Positions 40,601-48,883 of a DNA stretch of 64,000 bases are shown piece after piece. The notes below the pieces were generated by a model. That model had not been told where the DNA came from. It made no database searches and saw only the letters and a list, made by a program, of their open reading frames with translations. The stretch is from Planctomycetaceae bacterium (lineage in GTDB: Bacteria; Planctomycetota; Planctomycetia; Planctomycetales; Planctomycetaceae). The stretch spans positions 961 to 64,960 of the forward strand of contig JBQTIL010000040.1 in NCBI GenBank assembly GCA_052388175.1, written 5' to 3'. How positions within the stretch are numbered: the first letter of the stretch is position 1; each line of letters begins with the position of its first letter. A program made the position numbers and the translations under genes.

Positions 40601-40876
40601 CGCTTCACGGAATGCGTCAATCTCGTCGACGCGCCCCAATTGCTGCAGGCAACTGACGGCCAGGGTGAAGTCGCTCGTGAGTTGCCGTTTGTCGGCTTTG
40701 GGGTCGAGCGCGAGCTTTCGAAAGCCCTCGTAGGCGTCTTTGTAATTGCCGGCGTTAAAGGCCTGCTGATATTTCGGACGTTGGGCGGGGTCGGGCGGCG
40801 CGTCGGCGGCTGGCAGCAGCATGGCAATTGACACAATACCCGCCGTCGAGAGAACGGCCAATGTGAGAGACCGCAT
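34625..40876 (-). CDS. Alpha-2-macroglobulin family protein (2083 aa) with a thioester motif
   Basis: Has a signal peptide and multiple macroglobulin-like beta-sandwich regions. The thioester site is [10 protein letters not shown], with CTEQ encoded at 36236..36247. The thioester-domain alpha/alpha toroid region follows (...LADGGWGWF...). The C-terminal receptor-binding-like domain ends ...[22 protein letters not shown]. Confidence 0.93.
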   Translation of the reverse strand: [2083 protein letters not shown]

Positions 40877-41259
40877 GAATGTTGTCCTTCCTGAGGAGCG
40901 CCTGCCCTTTGCCGCTGAAACGGCGAATTGCCCGGGGAATCAGCCACTGTTGCGAATGCAGGAATTGCCGAAGCGGGCGGAAAGCGGGGCACACAACGTG
41001 CCCGCTGCCCCGGGCGACAGGACGCCAGATTTCGTCGCTCGCGGGTTTAGACGAGCGTCTCGGCCCGGAAGTTCCACGAAAACGAGCTGCCGAAACACGC
41101 CTGGGGCGCTGGCACTGTAGCATCCGCCTGCCGGAGGCTCTACCGGCGGAACATTCAAGCCGGCAACCAGGTGTGCTGCCCCGGCCACTCGAAGCGGCCG
41201 GCGGCGCCGCGCGATGGTAACACGATTTGTAATCCGTGGCCCAGATCACTATTCGACAC

Positions 41260-41280
41260 GCACGGATTGAAAATCCGTGC
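41260..41280 (-). terminator. Candidate stem-loop downstream of the phosphatase gene
   Basis: GCACGGAT-TGAAA-ATCCGTGC, an 8-bp perfect stem, lies 17 nt after the stop at 41297. No U-tract follows, so terminator function is uncertain. Confidence 0.3.
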
Positions 41281-41296
41281 CACGAATTCGCAGCGG

Positions 41297-41890
41297 TCAG
41301 CGATGCAGAACGTCGAGACTGCGGTCGGCCTGTGGATAGAGTTGGGCGTGCCGCTTCTCAAAGTCTTTCGCAAAAGCCCGCACGGAAACGCTGTACTCGT
41401 CGCGGCCGAACAAAGGCATGGCAGCGATCGACGCTGCGGCGCTTTGGCCGCGGAAGAGAATGTCGTACATGGCGAGCACTTTGGCCGTGCGCGTCACGCC
41501 ATGCTGGCAATGGACCAGCAGGGGATAATTGCGGGGGTTGCTCAGCACTTCAACGAACTGCTGAATCTCGGGGTCGGCCGAGTCGACCGAGGCTGCCGGC
41601 ATGGGCAACTCGATAAGCCTGGCGCCGGCCCCTTCGACGGCCCGGCGCTCGTCAACGCATCGCGCTTCGCCCATTTCTCCGGGGTTGCACAGATTCAGCA
41701 CCGTGCGAATCTGATGCTTTTCGATCTGCTCAACAAAGACATCGGGTTCGAGCCAGGCCGATCGGTAGACCATTCCCGGCTGGTGCACGGCCCAGTGCTT
41801 GTAGCGCTTGTGCTGCCGATAGGCGAAGCCGCCAGCCGCAACCGAGATCAGCACGAAACCCCACAACCACAGACGATGGCGGGCGAACAT
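41297..41890 (-). CDS. Membrane-anchored protein tyrosine / dual-specificity phosphatase
   Basis: Has an N-terminal TM (LWLWGFVLISVAAGGFAY) and the CX5R P-loop VHCQHGVTRT. Confidence 0.8.
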   Translation of the reverse strand: MFARHRLWLWGFVLISVAAGGFAYRQHKRYKHWAVHQPGMVYRSAWLEPDVFVEQIEKHQIRTVLNLCNPGEMGEARCVDERRAVEGAGARLIELPMPAASVDSADPEIQQFVEVLSNPRNYPLLVHCQHGVTRTAKVLAMYDILFRGQSAAASIAAMPLFGRDEYSVSVRAFAKDFEKRHAQLYPQADRSLDVLHR

Positions 41891-42126
41891 CGCAGTTCGA
41901 TTCCTGAAAATCGGGCCAGGCAGAGACCATTGAAGCGGCGAAGCCTACCCGATCTGAATCGTTTCCCAAAGAGCAAATTCGCGTAGGACGCCTGTGGCCT
42001 GACTGCTATACTTCGCCGCAAATTGCGGCACTGAAGAATCGCGCTTGCGGCACCTGGGTCTGCGGCCGCAAGTGGTTGCGGGCAGCGCGTGCCAGATCAA
42101 GGTTGGGTTCAGGGAGGGACGTTGCG

Positions 42127-43236
42127 ATGGGCGAGGCCAAGCAGGGGGGGGCGGGGTGGTGGTGGATTGCGTTGACCCTGGGCGCGAGCGCGTGCCTGAT
42201 TGCCGGCGGGGTCAGGTGGTGGCAGTCGTTTGATGCCCGTTGGGATGGGCGCGACCCGAGCGCGGCCAACTCGAGCCAGGCCGGGTTGCAGGTCGACCCC
42301 GTTCTGCCGGAAGAGATTGCGCAGGCCCAGTTCGAGCCAGAGGTCGCTGACTCAGAAGAGCCGGCCGCCGAATTGCCTGCAGACGACGCGAGTGACGACG
42401 AAATCTTGCGCGCGCAGTTCACCGAGCAGCCCCGGTCGGAGCGGACTGCCGCGCGGAGCGCGCGCGATGCGGCAAGCGGCGGTGTGACTGCCGGCACGTC
42501 GCCCGGAGATGTTCCCGAGCCGGTTGCCGAAGCTGACCCTTCCGGCGCAGGAAAACTGCGCGATCTCGAACAGATCGCAGCCCTCGAGCAGGTCGGCGAT
42601 TTTGTCGCCGCTCAGGAAGAATTATCGCGTTGGTACTGGAAGCGGCCCGAGTTGCGCGAACGGCTGCTGCCACGCCTGAACAAGCTGGCCCGCGCCATCT
42701 ATTTCGCGCCGCAGCCGCACTATTACGAACCCTACGTCGTTCAGCCGGGCGACCAGTTGCGAGTTATCGCGCAGCGGTACCGGTTGTCGTGGGAATACCT
42801 GGCCCGACTCAATAAAGTCGATGCAAAGAAGATCCGCATGGGGCAGAAGCTGAAAGTGATCTCCGGGCCGCTCGGGGCCATTATCAGCCTCGGCCGGTAC
42901 GAGCTCGTCGTTCACCAGAACGGCAGCTTCGTGAAGAGTTACCGCGTGGGAATCGGCAAAGACGACAGCACTCCGCTGGGCACGTTTACGGTGCGGAACA
43001 AGATGGTCGACCCCACGTACTACGGGCCCGACGGAGTCATCGCCCACGACGATCCGCAGAACCCGCTGGGCGAACGATGGATCGACATCGGCGACGGTTA
43101 CGGTATTCACGGCACGATCGAACCCGATTCGATTGGCCGCAGCGAGTCTCGCGGATGCATTCGTTTGTTGAACGAAGACGCAGATGAGGTCTATGATCTG
43201 CTCATCGTGGGGTCTGAAGTCAAGATCCTGCGATGA
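42127..43236 (+). CDS. LysM domain-containing L,D-transpeptidase (YkuD family)
   Basis: Has a LysM segment (YVVQPGDQLRVIAQRYRLSWEYLARLNKVD...GQKLKV) and the YkuD catalytic region (YGIHGT...SRGCIRL). Start at ATG 42127, preceded by GGGAGGGA. Confidence 0.9.
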   Translation: MGEAKQGGAGWWWIALTLGASACLIAGGVRWWQSFDARWDGRDPSAANSSQAGLQVDPVLPEEIAQAQFEPEVADSEEPAAELPADDASDDEILRAQFTEQPRSERTAARSARDAASGGVTAGTSPGDVPEPVAEADPSGAGKLRDLEQIAALEQVGDFVAAQEELSRWYWKRPELRERLLPRLNKLARAIYFAPQPHYYEPYVVQPGDQLRVIAQRYRLSWEYLARLNKVDAKKIRMGQKLKVISGPLGAIISLGRYELVVHQNGSFVKSYRVGIGKDDSTPLGTFTVRNKMVDPTYYGPDGVIAHDDPQNPLGERWIDIGDGYGIHGTIEPDSIGRSESRGCIRLLNEDADEVYDLLIVGSEVKILR

Positions 43237-43305
43237 GCGCCGGGCGCCCCGTGCGGGGTTGCCCCCGGCTTGGTTGCAAAGACTCTCGACCGCGAGGAGC
43301 GCCCG

Positions 43306-43857
43306 ATGTTCGACCGCGCCCGGCTGATTGATCTGTTTCGCGAGCGGGCCCTCAAGTTCGGCGAGTTCACGCTCGCTTCGGGCAAGAAGGCCAGTTATTA
43401 CCTCGACGGCAAGCAGATCACGCTGCATTCTGAAGGGTTGCGACTGGTCAGCGAAGGGTTGCTGGACCTGCTGGCCGACGTCAATTTCCAGGCGATCGGC
43501 GGAATGTCGATCGGGGCCGACCCGATAATCGGCGGCGTGCTGGCGGCTGCCGGCAGCCGCGGCCGCGACCTGAACGGGTTTCTGGTGCGCAAAGAAGCCA
43601 AGGGTCACGGCACGCAACGATTCATCGAAGGCCCGGTCGAGGCGGGGATGAAGGTCGTCATTGTCGACGATGTGGTGACGACCGGCGGCAGCTCATTGCT
43701 GGCGGTTGATCGCATTCAGGAATTCGGCTGCGAGGTGGTGCTGGTGGCGGCGATCATTGATCGCCTGGAAGGTGGGGCCGCGAACTTCGCCGCCCGTCAT
43801 CTTCCCCTGCGAAGCCTGCTGACGATTCAAGACTTCGGCATCGCGCCCCCGGCCTGA
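43306..43857 (+). CDS. pyrE: Orotate phosphoribosyltransferase
   Basis: Has FGEFTLASGKKASYYLD and the PRPP loop VVIVDDVVTTGGS. Start at ATG 43306, preceded by GAGGAG. Confidence 0.93.
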   Translation: MFDRARLIDLFRERALKFGEFTLASGKKASYYLDGKQITLHSEGLRLVSEGLLDLLADVNFQAIGGMSIGADPIIGGVLAAAGSRGRDLNGFLVRKEAKGHGTQRFIEGPVEAGMKVVIVDDVVTTGGSSLLAVDRIQEFGCEVVLVAAIIDRLEGGAANFAARHLPLRSLLTIQDFGIAPPA

Positions 43858-43865
43858 CGGCCGCC

Positions 43866-44140
43866 TGAGTGCGAATTTACAGGGAGAAATGTCAATTGCG
43901 TCGGCTGCGCGGCCAACTTATCGGGCAGGCACGCCTAGAGCGATTTACAGGGAGAAACGGAGACACGGAGAGAATTTCGGAAACACGTCGTGGATCTCAA
44001 TTTCCTCTGCCATGAATTCTCTGCGTGTCCGTGTCTCCTTGTTTAGCAACCGTTCGACCACCGCAGACGCTGAACACACGGAAAAAACGCTAATCTGCAC
44101 TGATCGCGGCTGATACTGATTAGATTAGTGCCGATCAGCG
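43866..44140. repeat. Low-GC intergenic repeat cluster between convergent pyrE and sppA
   Basis: The 15-bp direct repeat ATTTACAGGGAGAAA occurs at 43875..43889 and 43943..43957. An imperfect inverted repeat pairs GGAGACACGGAGAGAATT (43959..43976) with AATTCTCT-GCGTGT-CCGTGTCTCC (44015..44038). A further pair is CTGATCG/CGATCAG (44099..44105 and 44132..44138). Confidence 0.7.
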
Positions 44141-44203
44141 TTGCCTGGCTGCGGCTTGGCCGCGCTGGGTGGTCCATGGCCTCATCTTCTCGGTCACCTG
44201 GCG

Positions 44204-45265
44204 TCAGTTGCCTTGGGGCAGCGGCGGCAGGCCCCACGAGCAGAGGTACATGGCCCGCGGAACGGCTGATTCGAGCAGCGCCCGCCACTGGGCCAATGGA
44301 TCAGGGGCCCGGGTCGAGCCCAACAGCAGATCGACGAAGCTGGTAGGAAACTGGTAGGTGACGACGCGCGCCTCTTTCAGTCCGCAGGCGGTCTTCAGCG
44401 CCGCCAGCGCCTCTTCTTCGTAGCCAATCTCGTCGATCAGCCCGCGCGCCAGGGCGTCTTTCGCGGTAAAGACCTGGCCGGTCGCCACCTCGCGAATCTT
44501 CTCCATTTCGAGCTTCGGGCGGCCTTCATGGATCACTTCGAGAAACTGCTCGAAAGACTGGTTCATGATGTCTTCCCAGACCGCTTTCTCGGCGGGCGTC
44601 ATCTGGCGAAACATGTTCAGCGCGTCTTTGAATTCGCCCGTCTTGAGCGGCTCTGACCGCACGCCGACTTTCTCCGCCAGGCCCGTCAGGTCATATCGCG
44701 GAATGATGACGCCGATCGAGCCTGTCCAGGTGGTGGGCTCGGCGAAAATTCGCGCCTGCGGCCCGGCGCCCATGGCGATGTAGTAGCCGCCGGAGGCGGC
44801 CATGCTGCCCATCGAGACGACGATTGGTTTCTGGTGCTTTTCGCGCAGCCGCTTCAATTGGTGATAAATCTGGTGGCTGTCGGAAACGAAACCGCCCGGG
44901 CTGTCGATCGACAGCAAAATTCCCTTAACCTGCTCATCTTTTCCGGCGTGCTCGATGGCTTTGACCACCCGGTCGGTAAATGGCGGCATGATCGTGCCCG
45001 AGACGCGAATGACCGCCAGCTTGTCGCGCGCTTCGCGTTCTCCTGAACGGTATTTCTCGCTGGGGCCCTCTGCCGACGCGAAATAGTCCTGATACGCCGC
45101 GTACATGCTGATATTGGCCAGCAGCGAGCCGACCAGAACGGCGTACAGCACCCACGATTTGAGCCGCTCGAACAGGCCAGGCTTCGGAGCCTGCAGAATG
45201 ATGGGAGCAGGGGCGGCTGCTGCGGGCGACTGGATGAGTTCCTGGTGTTCCTGGTCCCTGGACAT
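44204..45265 (-). CDS. sppA: Signal peptide peptidase SppA (36K type, S49 family)
   Basis: Has an N-terminal TM, IDSPGG, and GSMAASGGYYIA carrying the catalytic Ser context. Start at ATG 45265, preceded by GGAGGAG. The track ORF extends to 45355. Confidence 0.9.
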   Translation of the reverse strand: MSRDQEHQELIQSPAAAAPAPIILQAPKPGLFERLKSWVLYAVLVGSLLANISMYAAYQDYFASAEGPSEKYRSGEREARDKLAVIRVSGTIMPPFTDRVVKAIEHAGKDEQVKGILLSIDSPGGFVSDSHQIYHQLKRLREKHQKPIVVSMGSMAASGGYYIAMGAGPQARIFAEPTTWTGSIGVIIPRYDLTGLAEKVGVRSEPLKTGEFKDALNMFRQMTPAEKAVWEDIMNQSFEQFLEVIHEGRPKLEMEKIREVATGQVFTAKDALARGLIDEIGYEEEALAALKTACGLKEARVVTYQFPTSFVDLLLGSTRAPDPLAQWRALLESAVPRAMYLCSWGLPPLPQGN

Positions 45266-45576
45266 CACGACTCCTCCATAAGCTTCGCGGCTCAATGCCC
45301 GATGCGCGAAATCTCGCGATTCGGACCCCTGGCGGGCATCAGGCAGCGACTGCATTCAATGTAAGCGGGTAACGATTCGGCAGAATGGGAAGCCTGGGGG
45401 CACTCTTCCGATTATAGCGCGTGTGCGTGTCGTGCCACATGATTCCGCCGCAACAGCCCTACAGTCGTCAAAACCTGACACCCCGGACACCCGATAGTCT
45501 AACAGTGTGCAGGAGTCTGAACATCCTGATTGAACCGGCTAGGCAAATCAAGCCGTCCGAGGGGGGACACTGGGAG

Positions 45577-47343
45577 ATGAACGCACCATTCGCGGACGCC
45601 GCCAAGGCGTGCCTGTTCTCAACCGTCGCGGGCCTTGCGCTCTTCAACGGGAGCGTGGCGTTCGCCGAGACGGGCGGCGGTGCTCGCCGAGAAGAGTCGA
45701 TTGAAGACTCGGCGAACGAACCCAAAAAGCTGATTGATGCCGAGCCGTCGGCCGCACCTGCGGCGCGGGCCCGCATGTCCCTGGTCGGAAAACCAAAATC
45801 GAAGGCGAAGCCGGCGGTCAAGCAGGCTGCGACAGATCAGGGCGCCGCCAACAAGGCGAATGACGTCGAACAAACGGCGGGATTTCAGGGTCAGACCGCC
45901 CCCTCGGCCACGGGCATGTATCCGGTGGCGCCGGTACGCACGAGCCCTGCGAATGGTTCGTCGAGCCCGGTGCAGCAGAAGCTCGAAGAACTGTACCGCA
46001 AGAACGGCCGCCCCATGCCGGATATGAGCATGGATGAATACCAAATGCTGCCGACCCCGACCGCGCCGCAGTATGCTCCACCGCAGCGACCCGGCGCGGC
46101 CGGAATGGCGATGGGGGGGGCACAGCGGACTATGCCGCGTGCGTCGAAGCCGAATTTCTTTGAACGCATCTTTCGCGTCGGCCGCGGGCGACAGAAGCTC
46201 CAGCCGGCGGCACAGCAATCGGCGCCGCAGCAATCGACACTGCCGCAGCCCGATTCAAACGGCCCGGTGCGAACCTGGCCGGCGCCGACTCGAGAGCCCG
46301 CGCAACCACCTTCGGGCATGCCGTACGGACCGTACCGCACGGGGCCTGCGGTGGCTCCGGCCCCGGCTTCCGCCCCGGCCAATCGTTCGCTGCCGCTGCC
46401 GCGCACGCAGACTCAGGCGACGCGGCCGGGCATGCGCGAGCCGACGCCTCTGGCTCCGCTGGACGATGACGATGACGATCTGGAAACGGAACGCGAAAGC
46501 GCCGCGGCGCGAGCGAACCGCAATCGCGACTCACAGCCTCTGCTCGACGAATCAGACGATGCGGAGGGTGAATCGCTTGACCTGTCGCAGGATGACGCGG
46601 CGCCCTCGAGCCCTGCGCCGCAGGTGGCAGCCAACCCGACCAACCAGCGCGTCGAGTCGTCTCCCTACACCGGGCTGACGATCAGGCCGAACGAAACCGA
46701 GCAGAGCATTGCAAGCCAATCGGGCGCGAGCTCGCAGCTCACCGCAGAGGCCCCGGCGACCCTGCCGGCGCCTGTCGCTCAGAAACCGGTGGCGCCGAAC
46801 GAGGCCGCGACCGCGGCGGTTCCCGCAGCAAGGGCGCCTGCCGGCGACGAGCTGCTCATGACGCTTGACGACGACAAAGATGACGACGACGACGAAGAGT
46901 CTTTGACGATTCCTGGCGAAGACGTGGGGGCCAAATCGACCCATAAGCCGGCTCCTGCCCCGGCCGCAGAGAACCACGAACGAAAGGTTGAAGCCGGCGA
47001 AGAAGGCCCGAAGCTGTTGAAGGGCTTCCGACGATACTGCCCGGTGCTGCTCAAAGACGAGCGCAAGCTGGTCGAGGCGAAACCGCAGTTCGCTTCGAAC
47101 CACCGCGGCATGACGTACATGTTCTCATCTGCCGCGGCGAAGGCGACGTTCGAAGAGAACCCGAGAAAATACGTGCCGGCCAGCGGCGGATCTGACGTGG
47201 TGCGTCTGGCTTCGGGAGATACGGGAGTGGAAGGGTCGCTCGAGTACGCGGCCTGGTACCGCGGCCGCCTGTACCTGTTTTCTTCGGCCGAGAGCCGTAA
47301 GGCATTCGTCGAGACCCCCAGCCGCTACATCGTGACCGAGTGA
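45577..47343 (+). CDS. Secreted low-complexity protein ending in two YHS-like (Cys-poor) modules
   Basis: Start at ATG 45577 (GGGAG upstream) gives signal peptide MNAPFADAAKACLFSTVAGLALFNGSVAFA. A long P/A/Q/S-rich region with poly-Asp stretches follows. The C-terminus has YCPVLL...NHRGMTYMFSSAAAKATFEENPRKYVP and ...AAWYRGRLYLFSSAESRKAFVETPSRYI, matching the YHS pattern G..Y.F(C/S)S.....F...P..Y. Confidence 0.55.
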   Translation: MNAPFADAAKACLFSTVAGLALFNGSVAFAETGGGARREESIEDSANEPKKLIDAEPSAAPAARARMSLVGKPKSKAKPAVKQAATDQGAANKANDVEQTAGFQGQTAPSATGMYPVAPVRTSPANGSSSPVQQKLEELYRKNGRPMPDMSMDEYQMLPTPTAPQYAPPQRPGAAGMAMGGAQRTMPRASKPNFFERIFRVGRGRQKLQPAAQQSAPQQSTLPQPDSNGPVRTWPAPTREPAQPPSGMPYGPYRTGPAVAPAPASAPANRSLPLPRTQTQATRPGMREPTPLAPLDDDDDDLETERESAAARANRNRDSQPLLDESDDAEGESLDLSQDDAAPSSPAPQVAANPTNQRVESSPYTGLTIRPNETEQSIASQSGASSQLTAEAPATLPAPVAQKPVAPNEAATAAVPAARAPAGDELLMTLDDDKDDDDDEESLTIPGEDVGAKSTHKPAPAPAAENHERKVEAGEEGPKLLKGFRRYCPVLLKDERKLVEAKPQFASNHRGMTYMFSSAAAKATFEENPRKYVPASGGSDVVRLASGDTGVEGSLEYAAWYRGRLYLFSSAESRKAFVETPSRYIVTE

Positions 47344-47392
47344 CGGCTTTGCCGCCTGAGTAGCGGTCGAATAGAATGATGCCGTTCTCACT

Positions 47393-48721
47393 ATGGACGG
47401 TCCTCAATTCGATTCGACTGCCGCTGCTGGCGACGGTCAGGTGTATAACCGCAGCTTCTGGCTGGCGTACGCCGCAAACGTGCTGCTGGTGTGCGCGAAC
47501 TCGCTGACCTTTCGATTCGCCGAATTTGTGGCGGCGCTGGGGGGGTCTGAAGAGCTTTCGGGGGAGATCGTCCAGGCCGGCCTGATTGCCGCCATTCTGG
47601 TGCGGTTTGAGCTGGGCCGGGCGATTGACCGTTGCGGGCCGCGGCTCGTGTGGCTCGTATCGGCCCTGGCTTATGTGGGGGGCAGTGCGGCCTTCCTGCT
47701 GGCAGAACGCCTGTCGCCGTTCTTGTGGGGCGCGCGGATCGTGTATCAGGTGGGCCTCGCGGGAATGTTTTCGTGCTCGATCGTCCACATTCAAGATCAG
47801 GTGCCTCCGCATCGCCGAACCGAAATCATCGGCAGCCTGGGAAGCAGCGGGTTCCTGGGGACGATCGTCGGGACGCAGCTCTCTGACCTCCTGTTTCACC
47901 TGCTGTCGCCCGGTTCGGCACGGTTTGCGGCCATGTTCGCGGGCGCCGCACTGCTGGGGACGCTGCATGCCGCCGTCGTGTTTGTGCTGACGCGCGACGA
48001 CGTGCACCACAGCCCTGAAGTCACGACGGGGCCGTTTCGGCTGTTGTTTCGCCACTGGCCAGGCGCCGTGACCGTCGTCGCCGTGGCGATGGGCACAACC
48101 TTTGCCGTCACCACGGTCTTTCTCACGCGCTACGCCACGGGAATGAAGCTTTCAGGTATCGGAATGTTCTTTCTGCCGTATTCCCTGACGGCGTTCGGCT
48201 GTCGCTGGTTCCTGCGCGACTGGGGGACGAGTTTCGGACGCCACAAGATGGTGTTGTGGGGGCTCGCGGGTTTGACGGCCGGTCAGTTGCTGTTTCTGCC
48301 GGTCGGCTCGGCCTGGATGTTCATTTTTCCAGCGGTCGTTTGCGGATTCGGGCATTCGCTGCTGTTTCCCGCGGTGGTTTCGATCGGGGCGGGGCGGTTT
48401 CCGGTTCAGCATCGGGGGAGCGGGACGACGCTGGTGCTGGGGTTCATTGAGCTGGGGACCGCGATCGCCGCCCCGATTCTCGGGTGGCTGATTGACGCAG
48501 GCAACTTCGGCAGCGATGTGCGTGGGTTTCGTTGGATGTTTCTGGCGGCCAGCGCGGTGGCAGGCTGCGCGGGGCTGATCTACGCAGCCACCGCGGCGCG
48601 TCGACCCGATCGCGACGCGTACGACCGAAAGGCGGCTTCGGGTCTGACCCTGGTGGAGGCGGAATCAGATACGGGAGACCTGGTCTCGGTGCCCGCGGCG
48701 GAACCGATGAGAGGGGAATGA
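47393..48721 (+). CDS. MFS transporter
   Basis: 442 aa with about 12 TM segments and an MFS-like loop motif (GRAIDRCGPR). Confidence 0.85.
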   Translation: MDGPQFDSTAAAGDGQVYNRSFWLAYAANVLLVCANSLTFRFAEFVAALGGSEELSGEIVQAGLIAAILVRFELGRAIDRCGPRLVWLVSALAYVGGSAAFLLAERLSPFLWGARIVYQVGLAGMFSCSIVHIQDQVPPHRRTEIIGSLGSSGFLGTIVGTQLSDLLFHLLSPGSARFAAMFAGAALLGTLHAAVVFVLTRDDVHHSPEVTTGPFRLLFRHWPGAVTVVAVAMGTTFAVTTVFLTRYATGMKLSGIGMFFLPYSLTAFGCRWFLRDWGTSFGRHKMVLWGLAGLTAGQLLFLPVGSAWMFIFPAVVCGFGHSLLFPAVVSIGAGRFPVQHRGSGTTLVLGFIELGTAIAAPILGWLIDAGNFGSDVRGFRWMFLAASAVAGCAGLIYAATAARRPDRDAYDRKAASGLTLVEAESDTGDLVSVPAAEPMRGE

Positions 48722-48883
48722 AGGGACTCAAGCTTGGGGCGCGAGCCCCGAGCGGACGACGACATGCTGCGTGAGCCCCGGAGGGGCGAGCGCATTGGCC
48801 CAATCGAAGTACGGCTGCTTCGGCCGAGCGATGGCCACGATGCGGTTGATAGTGCGCATCGTATCATTTGCGGCGGGGAGCAC

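Noticed and set aside
34754-40831. Three long plus-strand ORFs (34754..36610, 36644..39040, 39068..40831)
   Set aside because: All are antisense to the 2083-aa alpha-2-macroglobulin gene. They have low-complexity Arg/Gly/Val/Asp composition and no motifs.
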